This document shows, piece by piece, positions 30,791 through 45,200 of a stretch of 64,000 nt of DNA. Under the pieces are notes generated by a model. That model saw only the letters and a program-made list of their open reading frames with translations. It did not search any database and had not been told where the DNA came from. The first letter of the stretch is position 1. Each line of letters begins with the position of its first letter. The translations under genes were made by a program, and so were the position numbers. Source of the stretch: the human T2T-CHM13v2.0 reference genome, Homo sapiens; NCBI RefSeq assembly GCF_009914755.1, contig NC_060935.1; one strand, written 5' to 3'.

Positions 30791-31562
30791 GGGAGCAAGA
30801 CAGCAGAGCCCTTTCAGAGGCAGAATTAGCAGCCTCACAACAAACAGGCTGTGGGTCCAGGGTGAGGAGGAGCCTCGAATGACCTTGGAAAACAGGTAAC
30901 GGCTGGAGGAGAAACAAATTCAAGCAGACCTGGGATCTGGGTGAAGACATTTTGAATCTGAACTCTTTCCCCAACACTGCATCTCCACTGCTACTTCGTC
31001 TGCCCGGAACAGTCACCCTCGGCTTTAAGTATGGCTGGGGCTCCTGCTAAATGTCCCCTCTTGAGAGAGCCTGCCTGACCTCCCTGTCTACAGTAGCTGT
31101 CACCTCCTTATTTCCCATCCAAGCTCTCTACTTATTCCTGTTGCAACAGCCATCATTGGTAACTTGACCTGCTAGTTTTCTGTTTCCTAAAATAGAGCCA
31201 GGATCTGTCCTATTTTTGGTCTCTTCCGTAGCCACACTGTGTGTGGCACATAGTACCTGCTTGAAAACATTTGTTGAATGAATAAATTGAGAGAGAAGGA
31301 CATCAAGGGAGAAATGCTCAGTGAGTACTCAGAAATGCCCCTGCTGCCTGAAACCCCCTATTTGAGTCTCTCTCCTTTGATGCCAGTCTTCCTGGTCTTC
31401 TGTAAAGTAATCGAGAAGGTCATTAGTCCTCTCTGAGCCACCTAGCTAGGAAGGGGTATGTCAGGCTCCTAGTGCAAGCCAGGGGTAGAGATTGGGGGTC
31501 TCCGTGGACCTTTCCCCCACTCTCTGTAAGAGGATGGTAGGAGGGAGATCCTTCCATCTCTG

Positions 31563-31563
<1 letters not shown>

Positions 31564-31615
<52 letters not shown>
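31564..31615. repeat. (TG)26 microsatellite
   Basis: Perfect dinucleotide run, counted directly. Confidence 0.98.
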
Positions 31616-31623
<8 letters not shown>

Positions 31624-32101
31624 TATGCTGGGGCTGTTAGGGGTGGGAGTGGAGGGAGGAGGAGGCAGCCTGGAGCCGAGTCCTTCCTGGAAGCCAGAGG
31701 CAGGATGCCAGAGGCATGTGTTCCCCAGCAATCCCCAGGCCCAGGGGAGGGAGCGCCAGACCTGAGCTCAGCAGGTTGGAGATGCACCCTCCAGCCCACC
31801 CCCACCCTGCCCTGCAAGAGGTCCTGCAGGCCTGGCCAGCACCCTCTTTCTCTCCCTACAGCGCTCCTTAAGGAACTGTCTGGCCTTAATAAAAGAAGTG
31901 AAACCTCCTCAGTCATGTTGTGACTTCCAGCGTCTCCCTTAATTCCCACACTAGCCCTGGGAGATGTGCATTGCCACGGGCCCTATTTCACAGATGGGAA
32001 AACCAAGACTGAGGGAGACTGTGGCTCATCCAGGGATGCAGAGCCAGGCACAGACAAATCTCATGCTCTTAGCCATGCCATACGCCATCATCTCCACCCC
32101 A

Positions 32102-32236
32102 GCCCTACACCTGGAGCCCCTACACCTGGATACCCCACATGTAGATGCCCCATGCCTGGGCATTCAACATACCTGGATACTCCATGCCTGGGCATTCCAG
32201 GCCTGGGTGCCCCACATCTGGGCATCTCACACTGGC
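32102..32236. repeat. Degenerate 15-bp minisatellite (~9 units)
   Basis: Units such as gccctacacctggag, cccctacacctggat, gccccatgcctgggc, actccatgcctgggc, gccccacatctgggc. Confidence 0.8.
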
Positions 32237-32929
32237 AATGGGAACAGGCTGAATGGGGGCCCCTGCCCTGGAGACCCTGACAGCCCTGCTCCCAGAATCA
32301 GTAACACTCGCAGGAGGGCCTGCGTTTTTATTTCTGTCTCCTTGGGCAGGAAACATGGCCAGGAGAGAGATAAGGAGGAAAGAAAGGAGGGGCAGGCTTC
32401 TCTGGAGCCAGGGCTGCTGCCTCCCACTCCACACACAGGGCAGAAGAATAGAAGGAAGTGGCCAGAGAAAGGCAAGTGTCTGAGTCGGGGGGTAGGGGAT
32501 GTGGGGCAGGGAGGTTATCATCTACAAATAACCCTATCTCCAGGACCCCCAGGAGAGGATCAGAAGGGGCTGAGGCCAGAGGGTCTGGGCTGTGTGGCTG
32601 AGGGGGTGGACAGGGGTCATCAGTGTCTGCCTGGGAGATGATCAAAGGGCCACACAGAGGACAAGGACATGACCCAGGACCCTCCCCTCTGCCTGCTGCT
32701 CTGACCCTGCAGTTGGCCAAGCAGGTTGTGCAATGACCCACCTGCCCATTGGATCAGTCCTCCCCGAATCCATCCAAACCTTCGTTCCCCCACCCACTCA
32801 TCCATCCATCTACTCCTCCTGCCTCCCTGCCTCTGAGCCTTCCATTCTCTGTTCCTTCTGCCCACCACATCTACCTTTCCTCTTCTCCTTCTTTCCACTG
32901 CATCTACCTTTCCTCTTCACCTTCCTGAC

Positions 32930-33170
32930 TCATTCTTCAGGTCCCAGCTTAGAAACAACATTCTCCGGGAAGCCTTCTCAAACACCCCCACAAAATCCAG
33001 TGTAAGGAACATGGCCCATGGCCTCCCACAGCCCTGGTCTTCTCTTTCTATGATACTTATGACAACGACAATTTCATACTCACATCCATTTCCCCTGCTA
33101 CCTGAGGTAGCTGATAATTCTTCAGCACCCAGAACAGTGCCTGGCATACACTAGGTGCTCAATAAGTTCA
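32930..33170 (+). mobile_element. L2 3' end
   Basis: ttctccgggaagccttc..cagcacccagaacagtgcctggcatacactaggtgctcaataa. Confidence 0.65.
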
Positions 33171-34610
33171 TCTGGCATCTTTACTTTCTTATCTGTGTCT
33201 CTTCTCTCTTCCCTGTCTCTCTTTCCCTTTTCAAGGCTTCCTGAACACCTACCTGAGCCAGGTTGGTGTTTGCCACTGCCCTTGAGGCTGGCAGAGCTAG
33301 CATGGGAGTAGATGAGGCAGTGGAGTGGATGGATATCCTACCCACAAATCATATGACCAAAGGTAGAGAGAGACTGCATTCTGTTTGGGGTAAGGGAGGA
33401 GGAAGAACTGAGAGTGGGCTTCTCGGGGGAGATGGCACTTGGGCAGTGGAGATGGCAGTGGAGATGGGCAGTGGAGATGGCTGAGGGGTAGGCTCAGGAG
33501 TCACACAGGGAAGCACAGGCAGCTTTAGGGAGTGGGAGGTGTAGGGAGGAAGTCTCCCTGAAGAGAGGGGGCAGAGTGAGAGTGATGCAGTAATAGCAGT
33601 ATCGAAGTAGTGGCAGGGAAAGAGAGATGTGGGGGTGAGGCAGGGAGGGAGGGAGAGAGAGAAAGAAACAGAGATAGAAACAGCAGAGAGATGAGGGAGA
33701 GCTAGACAACACGGCAATGTGACAGAGAGAGAGAGCAGGACACCAAGAGACCCCATCGCATGCCCAGGGTGTGTGCTGGTGGAGGCCAGAGGACAGTCCA
33801 GGTGCCTGGCTATGGTGTGTCCTGCCTTTGAGAGAGTGGCAGGCCCTAGGCAGGGGTTGGGGGGGCCTGGCTGCTAATCTCCAAGAGAAATGGTCATGGC
33901 CATAGGCCTTAATGGAGTCGATGACTCACAGTGTGTGGGGGGGTGGGGAGGTGGGGTGGGGATGGGTCCCATGCCAACAGCTATGCAGGAGACAGCTCTG
34001 GCTTTGAGGATGAAACTCTGTAGCCAGGGCCAGTGCCTGGGGCCTGCTTACTGTCTGGATGCCTCCAACATCGAGAGGCTGCCTTTGAAGGAGAGGCCTG
34101 GCCGAGCCCAACTCCTAGCCTCTGGCTGGGCTGTGTCCTCTTCCCGTCCTTCAACCTCTTCCTCTCCTGGACTGGGAGGGGTAATCTGGGGCCTTCCAGA
34201 GGTGGCCAGGAAATGGGAAGGAGGGTGCAGCACCAGTTTTGGGGCCCCTCTAAGGGTGAAACTGGGGTGCAAAACATGGGATCTGCCATGACATGGACAT
34301 CAGGATGACTAAGAGGCCCTGGAATGTGGGGAGCAAAGCGAAAGGCCCAGGGATGTTCCTGTCCTCAGAGCAAACTGTTTGAGCCTGGCCTTTCTGGACC
34401 TAGATCTTAGCAAACCCTAGGCATTGTTCAGGCTCAGAGTCCAGGTAGAGCAGACTTGTCATCTGCCCTCTGGGAGGGCTTAATTATTAAAATTAAAACA
34501 GCTACCATTTATTCAGAACTCACTTGGGGCCAGGCATGGAGCTACGTACTTTATACAAAACACTGTGTTTGTCCCCAGTGACTGTCAGTTGCAGGCACAA
34601 GTATCACCCC

Positions 34611-35138
34611 TGTGTTAGTTATCTATTGCTGTGTAACAAATCACCCCAAAGCTTAGTAGCTTAAGACAGCACTCATTTATTGTCTCACAACTTCTGTGGG
34701 TGAGAAACCTGGGCATGACTTAACAGGGTCCTCTACTTCAGTGTCTCTCACAAGGCTGCAATCAAGTCGTCTGCAAGGGCTGTGGTCTCATCTGAAGGCT
34801 TGAATGGGAAAAGATCTCTTTCTCAGCTTAGTCAGTGGTTGTTGGCAGAATTCAGTTATCTCTGGGCTGTGGCCAGAGGCTGCTGTTAACTCTTCATCAC
34901 GTGGGCCTCTCCCCCACACACACTTGCTTTTTCAAAGTCCACAAGCAGAAGGTGGTAGAGTCTGCTAGCAAGGTGGAACTCACAATCTTTTGTAACGTAA
35001 GCAGATACAAAGTAACATCCTCAACATTGCTGTATTCTATTGATTAGAAGTAAGTTAGTGACTCAGTGGAGAGGATTACAAAAGGCCATGAACACCAGGA
35101 GGCAGGGTCACTGGGACCATCTTAGAGGTTGTCAGCCA
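34611..35138 (-). mobile_element. MLT1F-like LTR (inserted in a MIR)
   Basis: tgtgttagttatctattgctgtgtaacaaatcaccccaaa..cacaaggctgcaatcaag..ttctattgattagaag..gaacaccaggaggcaggg. Confidence 0.8.
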
Positions 35139-35458
35139 TGCCTCCATTTGATAGATGCAGAAACAGAACCATGAGAAGTTAATCATTCAAGGTCACAGCT
35201 AATGAGTGGCAGGGCCAAGATTTGGACATGGGTCTGTGGGACTTCCAATCTGTAGCAATGCAGAGCCCAGGCTCTGGTAACAGACTGGCTCCACCCCTTA
35301 CCAGTGATTGATCTTGGGCTAGTTAGTTACCACTTGAAGCCTCAGTTTCTTCTTCCATAAAATGAGGATAACAATCATAATGATAGAAAATCTCACGTAG
35401 CACTTACTTTGTGCCAGGTACTCTTCATGTAAGTCTTTTTATGAATGAGCTCACTTGA

Positions 35459-36525
<1,067 letters not shown>

Positions 36526-36942
36526 TGATATCAGTTTTGGTTTCTTCATTGTCTGTCCCCCTCAATAGATTATGAACACAAGGACAGAGGCATTGTTTGT
36601 TCCACCGAATCACTAGTACCCAGAATAGTGCTGGCCTACCCCAAGGCACTCAATAAATATTTGCTGAATGAATGATTGGATGAATGCTAGCTTTTGGTCA
36701 TTGAGGGTAAGGCCGTGAAAAGCACCTCTGACCCTTCAGTCCAGCCTGGCTGCACCTCTTCCTCCACTCCTTGCCTTCTCCCTCTAAGAAACTGAGGTGA
36801 GGAGGAATTCTGGGTTCTTGGGAATCACTGAAAAGAAGCTACCCCACTGTCGCTCAGAGCAAAGATATAGCCTGGCCCTGAAGGGAAGGAACTGCTCTGG
36901 TACCTTCCATCCATCAGTCCTGGCTGCCATCCACTGAATTTA

Positions 36943-37347
<405 letters not shown>

Positions 37348-37380
37348 CTAATAGCTCATGTTTATTGAGCTATTACTAGG

Positions 37381-37764
37381 TGTGAGGGGCTGAATTCTCG
37401 CCTCCCCAAATTCATGCTGAAGTCTTAACCTCCAGTACCTCTGAATTTGACTGTATTTGGAGTTAAGGTCTTTAAAGAGATAATACATTAAAATGAGTCC
37501 ACTAGGATGGGTCCTTATCCGATATGACTTATGTTCTTAGGAGAAGAGACTGGGACATGGACCCGCACAGAGGAAAGACTGTGTGAAAGCATGGCATGGA
37601 GACAACTGTCTACAAGCCAAGGAGAGAGGCAGCAGAAGAAACAAACCCTGCTCACACCTTGATCTCAGACTTCTGGCCTCCAGATCTGTGACGATGGAAA
37701 TGTCTGTTGTTTAAGCCAGCCAGGCTGTGGGACTTGGTCAGAGCAGCTCTAGCAAGCTCAGACA
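37381..37764 (+). mobile_element. MLT1A/B-like LTR
   Basis: ccccaaattcatgctgaagtcttaacc..gactgtatttggag..acaagccaaggagagagg..caccttgatctcagacttctggcctccag. Confidence 0.85.
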
Positions 37765-37845
37765 CCAAGCATGATGCCAGGCTGCGTGTGCAAATCTGGC
37801 CAATGAGGTACAAAGGCAGTACTAATGAGGTTTTCCTCTCTCTTA

Positions 37846-38156
<311 letters not shown>

Positions 38157-40606
38157 GGGAAGAGTCCCACTCTTTGAAGGCCTATGAACATTGTTGTTTG
38201 AGTATGCTCTGCCTGGAGCTGCTGCAGCCATTTTGCCACCATGAGGCAAGCAAACATGGATACACAGAAAGATGAAAGGTACCTGGGTCCTCGATGCCTC
38301 TGCTGAACTGTGAATTACCCACCCTAGTTCTGGACTTTTATTTATATGAGAAAATGGAAATTCGTTGCTTTTTAGGCCACTTTGAGTTGGGCTTTTTGTT
38401 ACCTGCCTCTACACCAGTGTGGCACCCCAGTGACAAAGGCAGTCCCTAGTCATACCCCAAGGCCCTGAGAAGTGGAGTGACCTGTCTCACATTATACAGC
38501 ATATGAATGGGGTTCTGAGACTCAGGCCTCATCTTTCTACTCCAAGGTTCAAGTTCTCTGGGCTGTTTCAAGCTGCCTTGGCCCTGAAATTTTGGATGGG
38601 ACAAGACCCCTGGAATCTGAAACCACTTGGCCTCCCACATTGCCATGGGAAGCAAGGAGGACTCCGAGCATGGAACCAAGGCCAAGGGGTGGACATTTAG
38701 TGGGAGCAATCATGGACTCAGGGAGAGGCAGGGCTTGCTCAGAGTCAGGGGCAGCAGACCACAGAGGAGGCTGCCAGGGGAGGCTGTGAGCCTCAACTTC
38801 CTCCCCTACACATCGGAAATGATAATAGCGCCTACCTCTTTGGCTTGCTGTGAGGATTAAATGAGAAAATGCAAAATGCCTAGAGCAGTATCTGGCCCAT
38901 AGTGAGTAGTCATAGGTCTTAGTTTGTACTATTACTTTGTGACATCAGCCTGTTTCCGTTTTGTCCTCCAGTCCCCAGCTGGGGCCCTGCCTCCTTCCAC
39001 CTGAAGCAGCAGCATGAGTGGAAAATTGGCTTTGGGAATCTCTGAGTCCTTCCATTATAGGAATTTGTCCGGGTAGCAGAGCAGCTCTGTGATGTTGTGT
39101 ATTGAAACCCAAGAGCCCCACCGGCACGACTGGAATTCAGGAGAAGGGTCCCTCGGGATTCCCTGCACAGCCTGCCAGGCCCACCCACGCTCTCCTCACT
39201 GTGTCAGCCTGGCTGAACTCGGAGGGCTGGACTGTGATTAGAGGAGCTGTGGTTCCAGACGACGGTCACCCTCTTAGCTACTGTGTATCCAGCACCACTG
39301 TGTACTTCATTTCATTCACCCACCCAGTCCTCCTGAGCGGTAGGTATCCTGTCCCTGAAGAAGAAACTGAGGTTCAGAGTGGCGAGGTCAGTTTTCCACA
39401 GTAAGCGGCGGAACTGTGATCTGCACTCAGACCTGTCCAGAGGGAAAGCTTGTGCTTTGTCCACTCTCAAGCACACAGAAAAGTGTCACTTCATCCCACC
39501 CAAGCTAAACCCAATTGAGAATCCAAATCACGAATTGGTCACCAAAGACTGTGGTTAATTTAGAGACCACTACGTGTGAAGTGCTGTGCCAAGCACTGTG
39601 CTCTGATATCCCTCTTGGGGTTTCACAGTTTATCTTACCACAGTAAAGGCTCTGAGAAGTCCTGCTATAAAGAAGCCCCTTTAACGTTGAGTCACTACCA
39701 GCTTCCTGCTTGGTAGAGTTCTGTTTTCCAAGAATCCCATTCACACCCCTTGCACAGAACATGCTTTTGAAAAAGGTCAGTCTAGAGAATGGGAATGCTG
39801 GGGAGAATCCTTCCAGGACCTTCAGAACAAACCCATGCAGACGATGCGACTTCCTGCCCAGAGGGGCACAGAGATAGCTGAGAACAGAAAGGGAGGGACT
39901 CCAGACTTGAAGTTTCAAAAGGGCAGGAAGTACTCAGGTACCTGGATGATAGATCTGGGGATTGCGTGTGGGTAGATGGATAAAGAATGATCTCCACCCA
40001 CACCTCCAGCCAGAAGGAATTATTCAGACTGTGGAGGGGGAGAAGGGAGAGGATGTGGCCAGGGAGAGGGGTCAGGGAGCCCAGAGGATGCAGCAGGACT
40101 GGCTGTAAGGATTCAATGCTGGAAATGGAAAGCACTGTATGAATTTTAAGCAGCAAATGAATTAAAACTGAAAATTAGATGGTTGCAAAACTGTGGGAGG
40201 GCTGGAGAAGGGCAGTCAGGGGCAGCCCCTGGACTTTGGTTTGGAAGGTCATGCCTGTTGATATGACTCAGAAGTGCGGAAGCTGCTGCTGCCACTGGAA
40301 TTGCCACATACCTGTGAACCTGGTGAGCAGATGCTAGGGCCGCTCCAGCTGCAGCTCGGTGGCTACCACCTCTCTTCCTCCTTCCCCACCTCATGGGGGC
40401 ATGTTTACCTATAGAACCTCATTCATAGCCCAGATCCTAGCTGCAAAGGAGTCTGGGAAAGATGACTGCTTAGCTTTCCAACTTCCCTCTGACAGAATAA
40501 GATTCTTAACCTGGGAGTGAGTGTCCCAGAGGCCAGGAGAGCACTCAGGGCCCCTCCAAGAACCTGCCTCGACATTCAACAGTAGGCCAAACCCTAGGGG
40601 CTTGCT

Positions 40607-40715
40607 TGTATTAGTCTGTTTTCATGCTGCTGATAAAGATATACCTGAGACTGGGTAATTTATTTAAAAAATAAAAAAGAAGTTTAATGGACTCACTGTT
40701 CCATGTGCCTGGGGA
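40607..40715 (-). mobile_element. THE1 LTR 3'-end fragment
   Basis: tgtattagtctgttttcatgctgctgataaagatatacctgagactgggtaattta; stops abruptly after ~110 nt. Confidence 0.85.
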
Positions 40716-41270
40716 CCGAGTGTAGTAGGAGAGAAAATCAGAGAGGAGATGGGGGCAGCTAGCAGGTGGATCATGCAGGGCCCTTGCACCTTGCATAGAC
40801 TTTGACTTTGACTCAGCATGAGACACTGCCATCGCAGAGTTTCAAGCTGAAGAATGAAGTGACGTGACCAACATTTTAACAGGCTCACTCTGAGTAGTGT
40901 ATAAGAGGAGATACACCTGCAGCAGGGGAGGCAGGAGGAGGCAGTGAAAGCATGAGAGTTGAAAGTGAGGGGCTGTTGCAATAGCCCAGGGGAGAGATGA
41001 GGGTGTTTTGGAGGAAGATGGTGGCAGAGGAGGTGGCGAGAAATGGCTGGATTCCAGGCGCATTTTGCAAGTGCAGCTAACAGGATTTCCTGACAGATCA
41101 AATGTAGGGGGTGAGAGAAAGATGAGTCAGGGATGGCGCCAGGGCTTTTGGCCAGAGCACTGGAAGGATGGAGTTGCAATCAACTGGAAAGATGAGGCCA
41201 TGGATCTTCCTGCTTCTTGCAGGTTCTGTGGGGAGGTGGGGAAGATGAAGAGTTTAGTCCTGAACTTGTA
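40716..41270 (-). mobile_element. L2 fragment
   Basis: gatcatgcagggcc..cattttaacaggctcactctg..ggctgttgcaatagcccagg..aaatggctggattc..ggaaggatggagttgc. Confidence 0.75.
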
Positions 41271-42469
41271 AAATTTACAAGTTCGAACTTATGTTCATCT
41301 TCAAAACAGCTGCCAGAGTGTTATTTCTCTGAAAGAAAAACAAAGGAAGGAACAAACAAATCTCTAGTTGGCTAAGTCATGAAGTTCTAACTCTTCAGCT
41401 TGGGTGGATGAGTCTTTAATGAAACCTGCCCAGACGCATCTTCCCAGCTCTTCGCTCTCTGCCCATCCGTGTCCCCCTGTGCTCCCAGCCATCACTGAGC
41501 ATCTCTTGTAGACCATTCATCCATTCATTCCCTCCCTCCCTCAGCATTTGTTTAGCATCTACTCTGCCAGACACGGAATTAGGCATCAGGGCTACAACCC
41601 TCTTGGAGCTCACATTTCCCATCACCCTGTCCCCAACCCTAGTGCCTTTGCACAAATTGTGTCATTTGCTTTGAATACCAGCCAGCTCTTTCTCCTCTCC
41701 CTGTTTACCCTCTGAGGCTCAACTGTTACCCTGTCCTCTGGGGGATATTTTTGATGCCTCAGACACAAGGAGGTCAATATTTCCAGCACCCTCTGCTCCT
41801 ATCATCTGTGGGGGCTTCTCAAAGGCAGAGACTTGTCTTTATTCAGCCCTCTATCCCCCAATATTTGCTTGATTGCTTGAATGAATGAGTGTTAGTAAGG
41901 ATTCAGCAGCTTGGATCTTGGTCTGAGCCACACTTGGCTGACGATGTCCTTTTGGTCATGGCCTCAGCAGGGATGAGCTGGCCACGATTCTAACCTTTCT
42001 AGAAAACAAATACTGGCAAATACTGGCAATATCCTTTTGAGAACTAGGTGGACCCTTAGAGCCTTATGGTGGGTTCTCCAGGGTAGAGAGGAGGAGGGAG
42101 GCTCCTGATCCCAGTTAGTCTAAGCCACCAGGACCAGACATCCACTATGGCCTCTGAGAGCCAGGGTAACCATGGAAACCAGGCACTGGGGGTGGGAGGA
42201 GCAACGAGTGGAATGAAGCCAGGCCCACAGAGAGGCCAGCAGGCCAGGCTGGGCTTTGGGACCACTCCATGTGTATATGTATCGGGTGGGGGATGGGAGA
42301 GGTGGGGAGTGAGTGTCCCAGAGGCCAGGAGAGCACCAGCTGCAGGAAAGGGGGATCTGTAAGGCATAGACTCAGAGCTCGGAGCTCACGAAGTGTCCTT
42401 GTGTTTCCCACAGCACAGGGGCCCTGGGCTCCAGCCCCCTTCTCTGAGAATCAGGAAAGAAAAACAAGT

Positions 42470-42960
42470 GAGAGGTATAGAGAAAGGGGCTGATAGTGAT
42501 AAAAGACAGCAGAGGCCCAGGAGCTGAGCAGGGAGGGCAGGGGAGGGAGAGGGAGAGAGAACGAGAGAGAGAGAGAGGCTGTTTGATGGAGAAACCACAG
42601 AGATGGGGAGGGAGAGAGAGAGAACGTGATACCTACATAGAAAAAGAGAACTGGCAGAAGACAGAAGGAAAAACAGCAACACAGAGACTGAGAGACACAC
42701 AAGGATGAGTGGAGAGACAGAGGGAAAGGGAAGAGCTCACAGGGGAGGATGAAGTAGAAATGGGGCAGAGGTGGAGGGAGAAACAGCAACAAAGAGCAAG
42801 GGGAGGGGTCGGAGAAAAACGGGGCATAGAAACAGAATCAACAAGTGGGGACACAGAGAGGGCGTCAGCCGGAGAGAGGCCAGAGTGAGTGTGAGCAAAC
42901 GTGAGAGGAAGAAAACAAGTCAGAAACAGACAATCAGGAGAAGAAGAGGGAGGCAATTGA
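42470..42960. repeat. GA-rich low-complexity tract
   Basis: Strong purine strand bias with (ga)n runs. Confidence 0.75.
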
Positions 42961-44334
42961 GGCCGAAAGATGATCAGATTGGCAGACGGCACGGGCTGAG
43001 CTACAGAGACCGGCTCCCAGCCCTACTCCAGGCAAGCCTTGGGCCCTCTGCCATGTAAAAGACCCAGAGAAAATCCCAGTCTGCCCTAGAAAGTCACCAG
43101 AACTCGGCCCCTTGTCTCCCCAGGAGAGTAGCCAGGTGGGGTGTCCTGTCCCAAGCCGAGGCCCAGATGCGGTGGCCCTGGCTATTCGGTGGGGACCCTG
43201 AGGAGTAGTGGCTGCAGCAGCAGTGGCAGGTTGGCTGCTGGAAGTGTTTATCAGTGGTGGCTGCCCTCCCAGGGCCCTCCATATGGTCTCGCATATGCTT
43301 AGCAACTTGCCTCTGAACTATAAGCTGTATTTACACCCGGGCAGGTGACGGCCTATTGTTGGGAAAGGAAGCTGGCAATGTTTTCCATTTCAAGGTGGTG
43401 TTGCCATCTAGGCAGGCTGGGATTCCCAGGCAACCTGCAGCTCCTGCTTAGTGAAAAAATAAGAGCTACTGCTTTGCCGCCAAGAGATAAATTCCTCCCA
43501 AAAGGTGATGCCAGGAAGTAGAATTTCTCTCTCAAAGAACTTAACATTTTTTTTTTCCTGAAGACAAATGAGAGCTATAGATCCCATTATCTCCTTTTTT
43601 CCCTTGGCTGCCAGGAAGCTCAGACAAAAATGCAGTGGGGGTCTGTAGAGGAATGGGGGTCAGAGCTTCCACTCAATGTTTCAAAGTTTCATGTCTAGAT
43701 TGCTGGGTAAACCAATAAGAACCATTTAAAAAAATTTATTCATTCATTCATTTCATTGACAGACAACCACAGAAAGTCTGCTGGGAGTCAGGATTTAACC
43801 CAGGCACCTTTCTTATCTGCTAGGAGTGATCTCCAAACACAGATCCCAGAACACAGGACTCTCCCTAGCCCATAGTAAACATTTTTAAAATGTTTCCTCT
43901 TTGAATGAACAAATGAATTCACGACCCTGCTTGAAACCCCACTCTCCAGAACTCCTTATAAAGGCCAAACTCTTCAGTTTGGCATTTTGTGAGCTTCCCT
44001 ATCTACTTATCTGGCTTTGCCGCTTACCCCTCTCTCATGTGCATTCCATGATTTAATCATATGGACACCTCATAATTCCCAGAAACCCTCATACTGCTTC
44101 CTACCCTCCCCATTTCTTCAGCTGGTGAACTCCTATACATCCTTCAAGACCCCAGTGAAATATCACTTCTCATGACAAGCCTTTCTCAGCCTCCCTAGTT
44201 GTATTTAATATTAATGTCTCCACTTTGCTTCCTAAGCATGCTTGGGCCTTGCCTTTGTTATTGTCCCCAAGTCATGTGGCACAGCATGGCTTCTTACATG
44301 TCTGTCTCCTCTACAAGTCTGTGAGCTCCCTGAG

Positions 44335-44570
44335 GGCAGTATGGGCTCTGGGGCTAGGCCCCCTGAATCTAAGTCCCAGTTCTGTCACTTACCAACACAG
44401 ACTTTGGGAAAGTTATTTAATTGCTCTATGCCTCAGTTTTTCCATCTGCAAGTAGGGCTGATAATAATATCTACAATTTAGGGTAGTTACAGGGATTAAA
44501 TGAGTCAATACCTACAAGGCACCTAGAACAGTGCCTGGTAGTTTAGAGTGCTGAATAAATGTGAACTCTT
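44335..44570 (+). mobile_element. MIR
   Basis: tgcctcagtttttccatctg..ggattaaatgag..cacctagaacagtgcctgg..aataaatg. Confidence 0.8.
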
Positions 44571-44719
44571 GTGTTAATAGCTGTGCTACTGATCAATCTG
44601 ATGGGTCCCCAGTGCCTAGCACTATTTCTGGCACATGGGAGGTCCCAGCCATGGCCTGTTGTATGGAAACAAAAACTATTAAAGCATGACCTCTGCTCAC
44701 AAAGAGTCCTAGCCCAAGG

Positions 44720-45200
44720 GATTCATTCCCTGTCTATTCAGTGTCCACTGTACCAGGCTTCATTCTAGGTGCAGCAGTAAACAAAACAATAAAGAACTAT
44801 ATGCTGCAGAATCTTAGAAGATCCTAAGTGCTATGAAAAATAGGACCGAATAAGTAGTATTAGGATTGCAATTTTAAATGGGGCAGCCAGGGTAATCCTG
44901 GCTCCAAAGGTGACATTTACAGGAAGCCCTGAGTGAGGTAGGCTGTGAGTCACGTACCTATCTGGGGGAAGAACGTTCCAGGCAGAGGGAGCAGCAGGTG
45001 CAAAGGCCCTGGGGTGGGAACGTGTCTGGCATGTTGGTGTTAGAGGAATGGCCAGGGGCTCATCTGGCTGGAGCAGAATAAGCAGATGGGAGAAGGAAAG
45101 GAGGGGACCTGAGGCAGGGGGTCGGGGAGGTAGGGGAAGACAGATTATGTTGAGCCTTGTAGGTCATTGTCAAGACTTCAGCTTTTACTCTGAGAAGCAA
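44720..45200 (-). mobile_element. L2 fragment
   Basis: tatctgggggaagaacgttccaggcagagggagcagcaggtgcaaaggccctgggg..gagccttgtaggtcattg. Confidence 0.75.

Noticed and set aside
30222-32741. ORFs of 264 aa (30222-31016 -) and 225 aa (31964-32641 +)
   Set aside because: They overlap L2/MIR sequence and a minisatellite, with no recognisable domain or flanking splice/promoter support.
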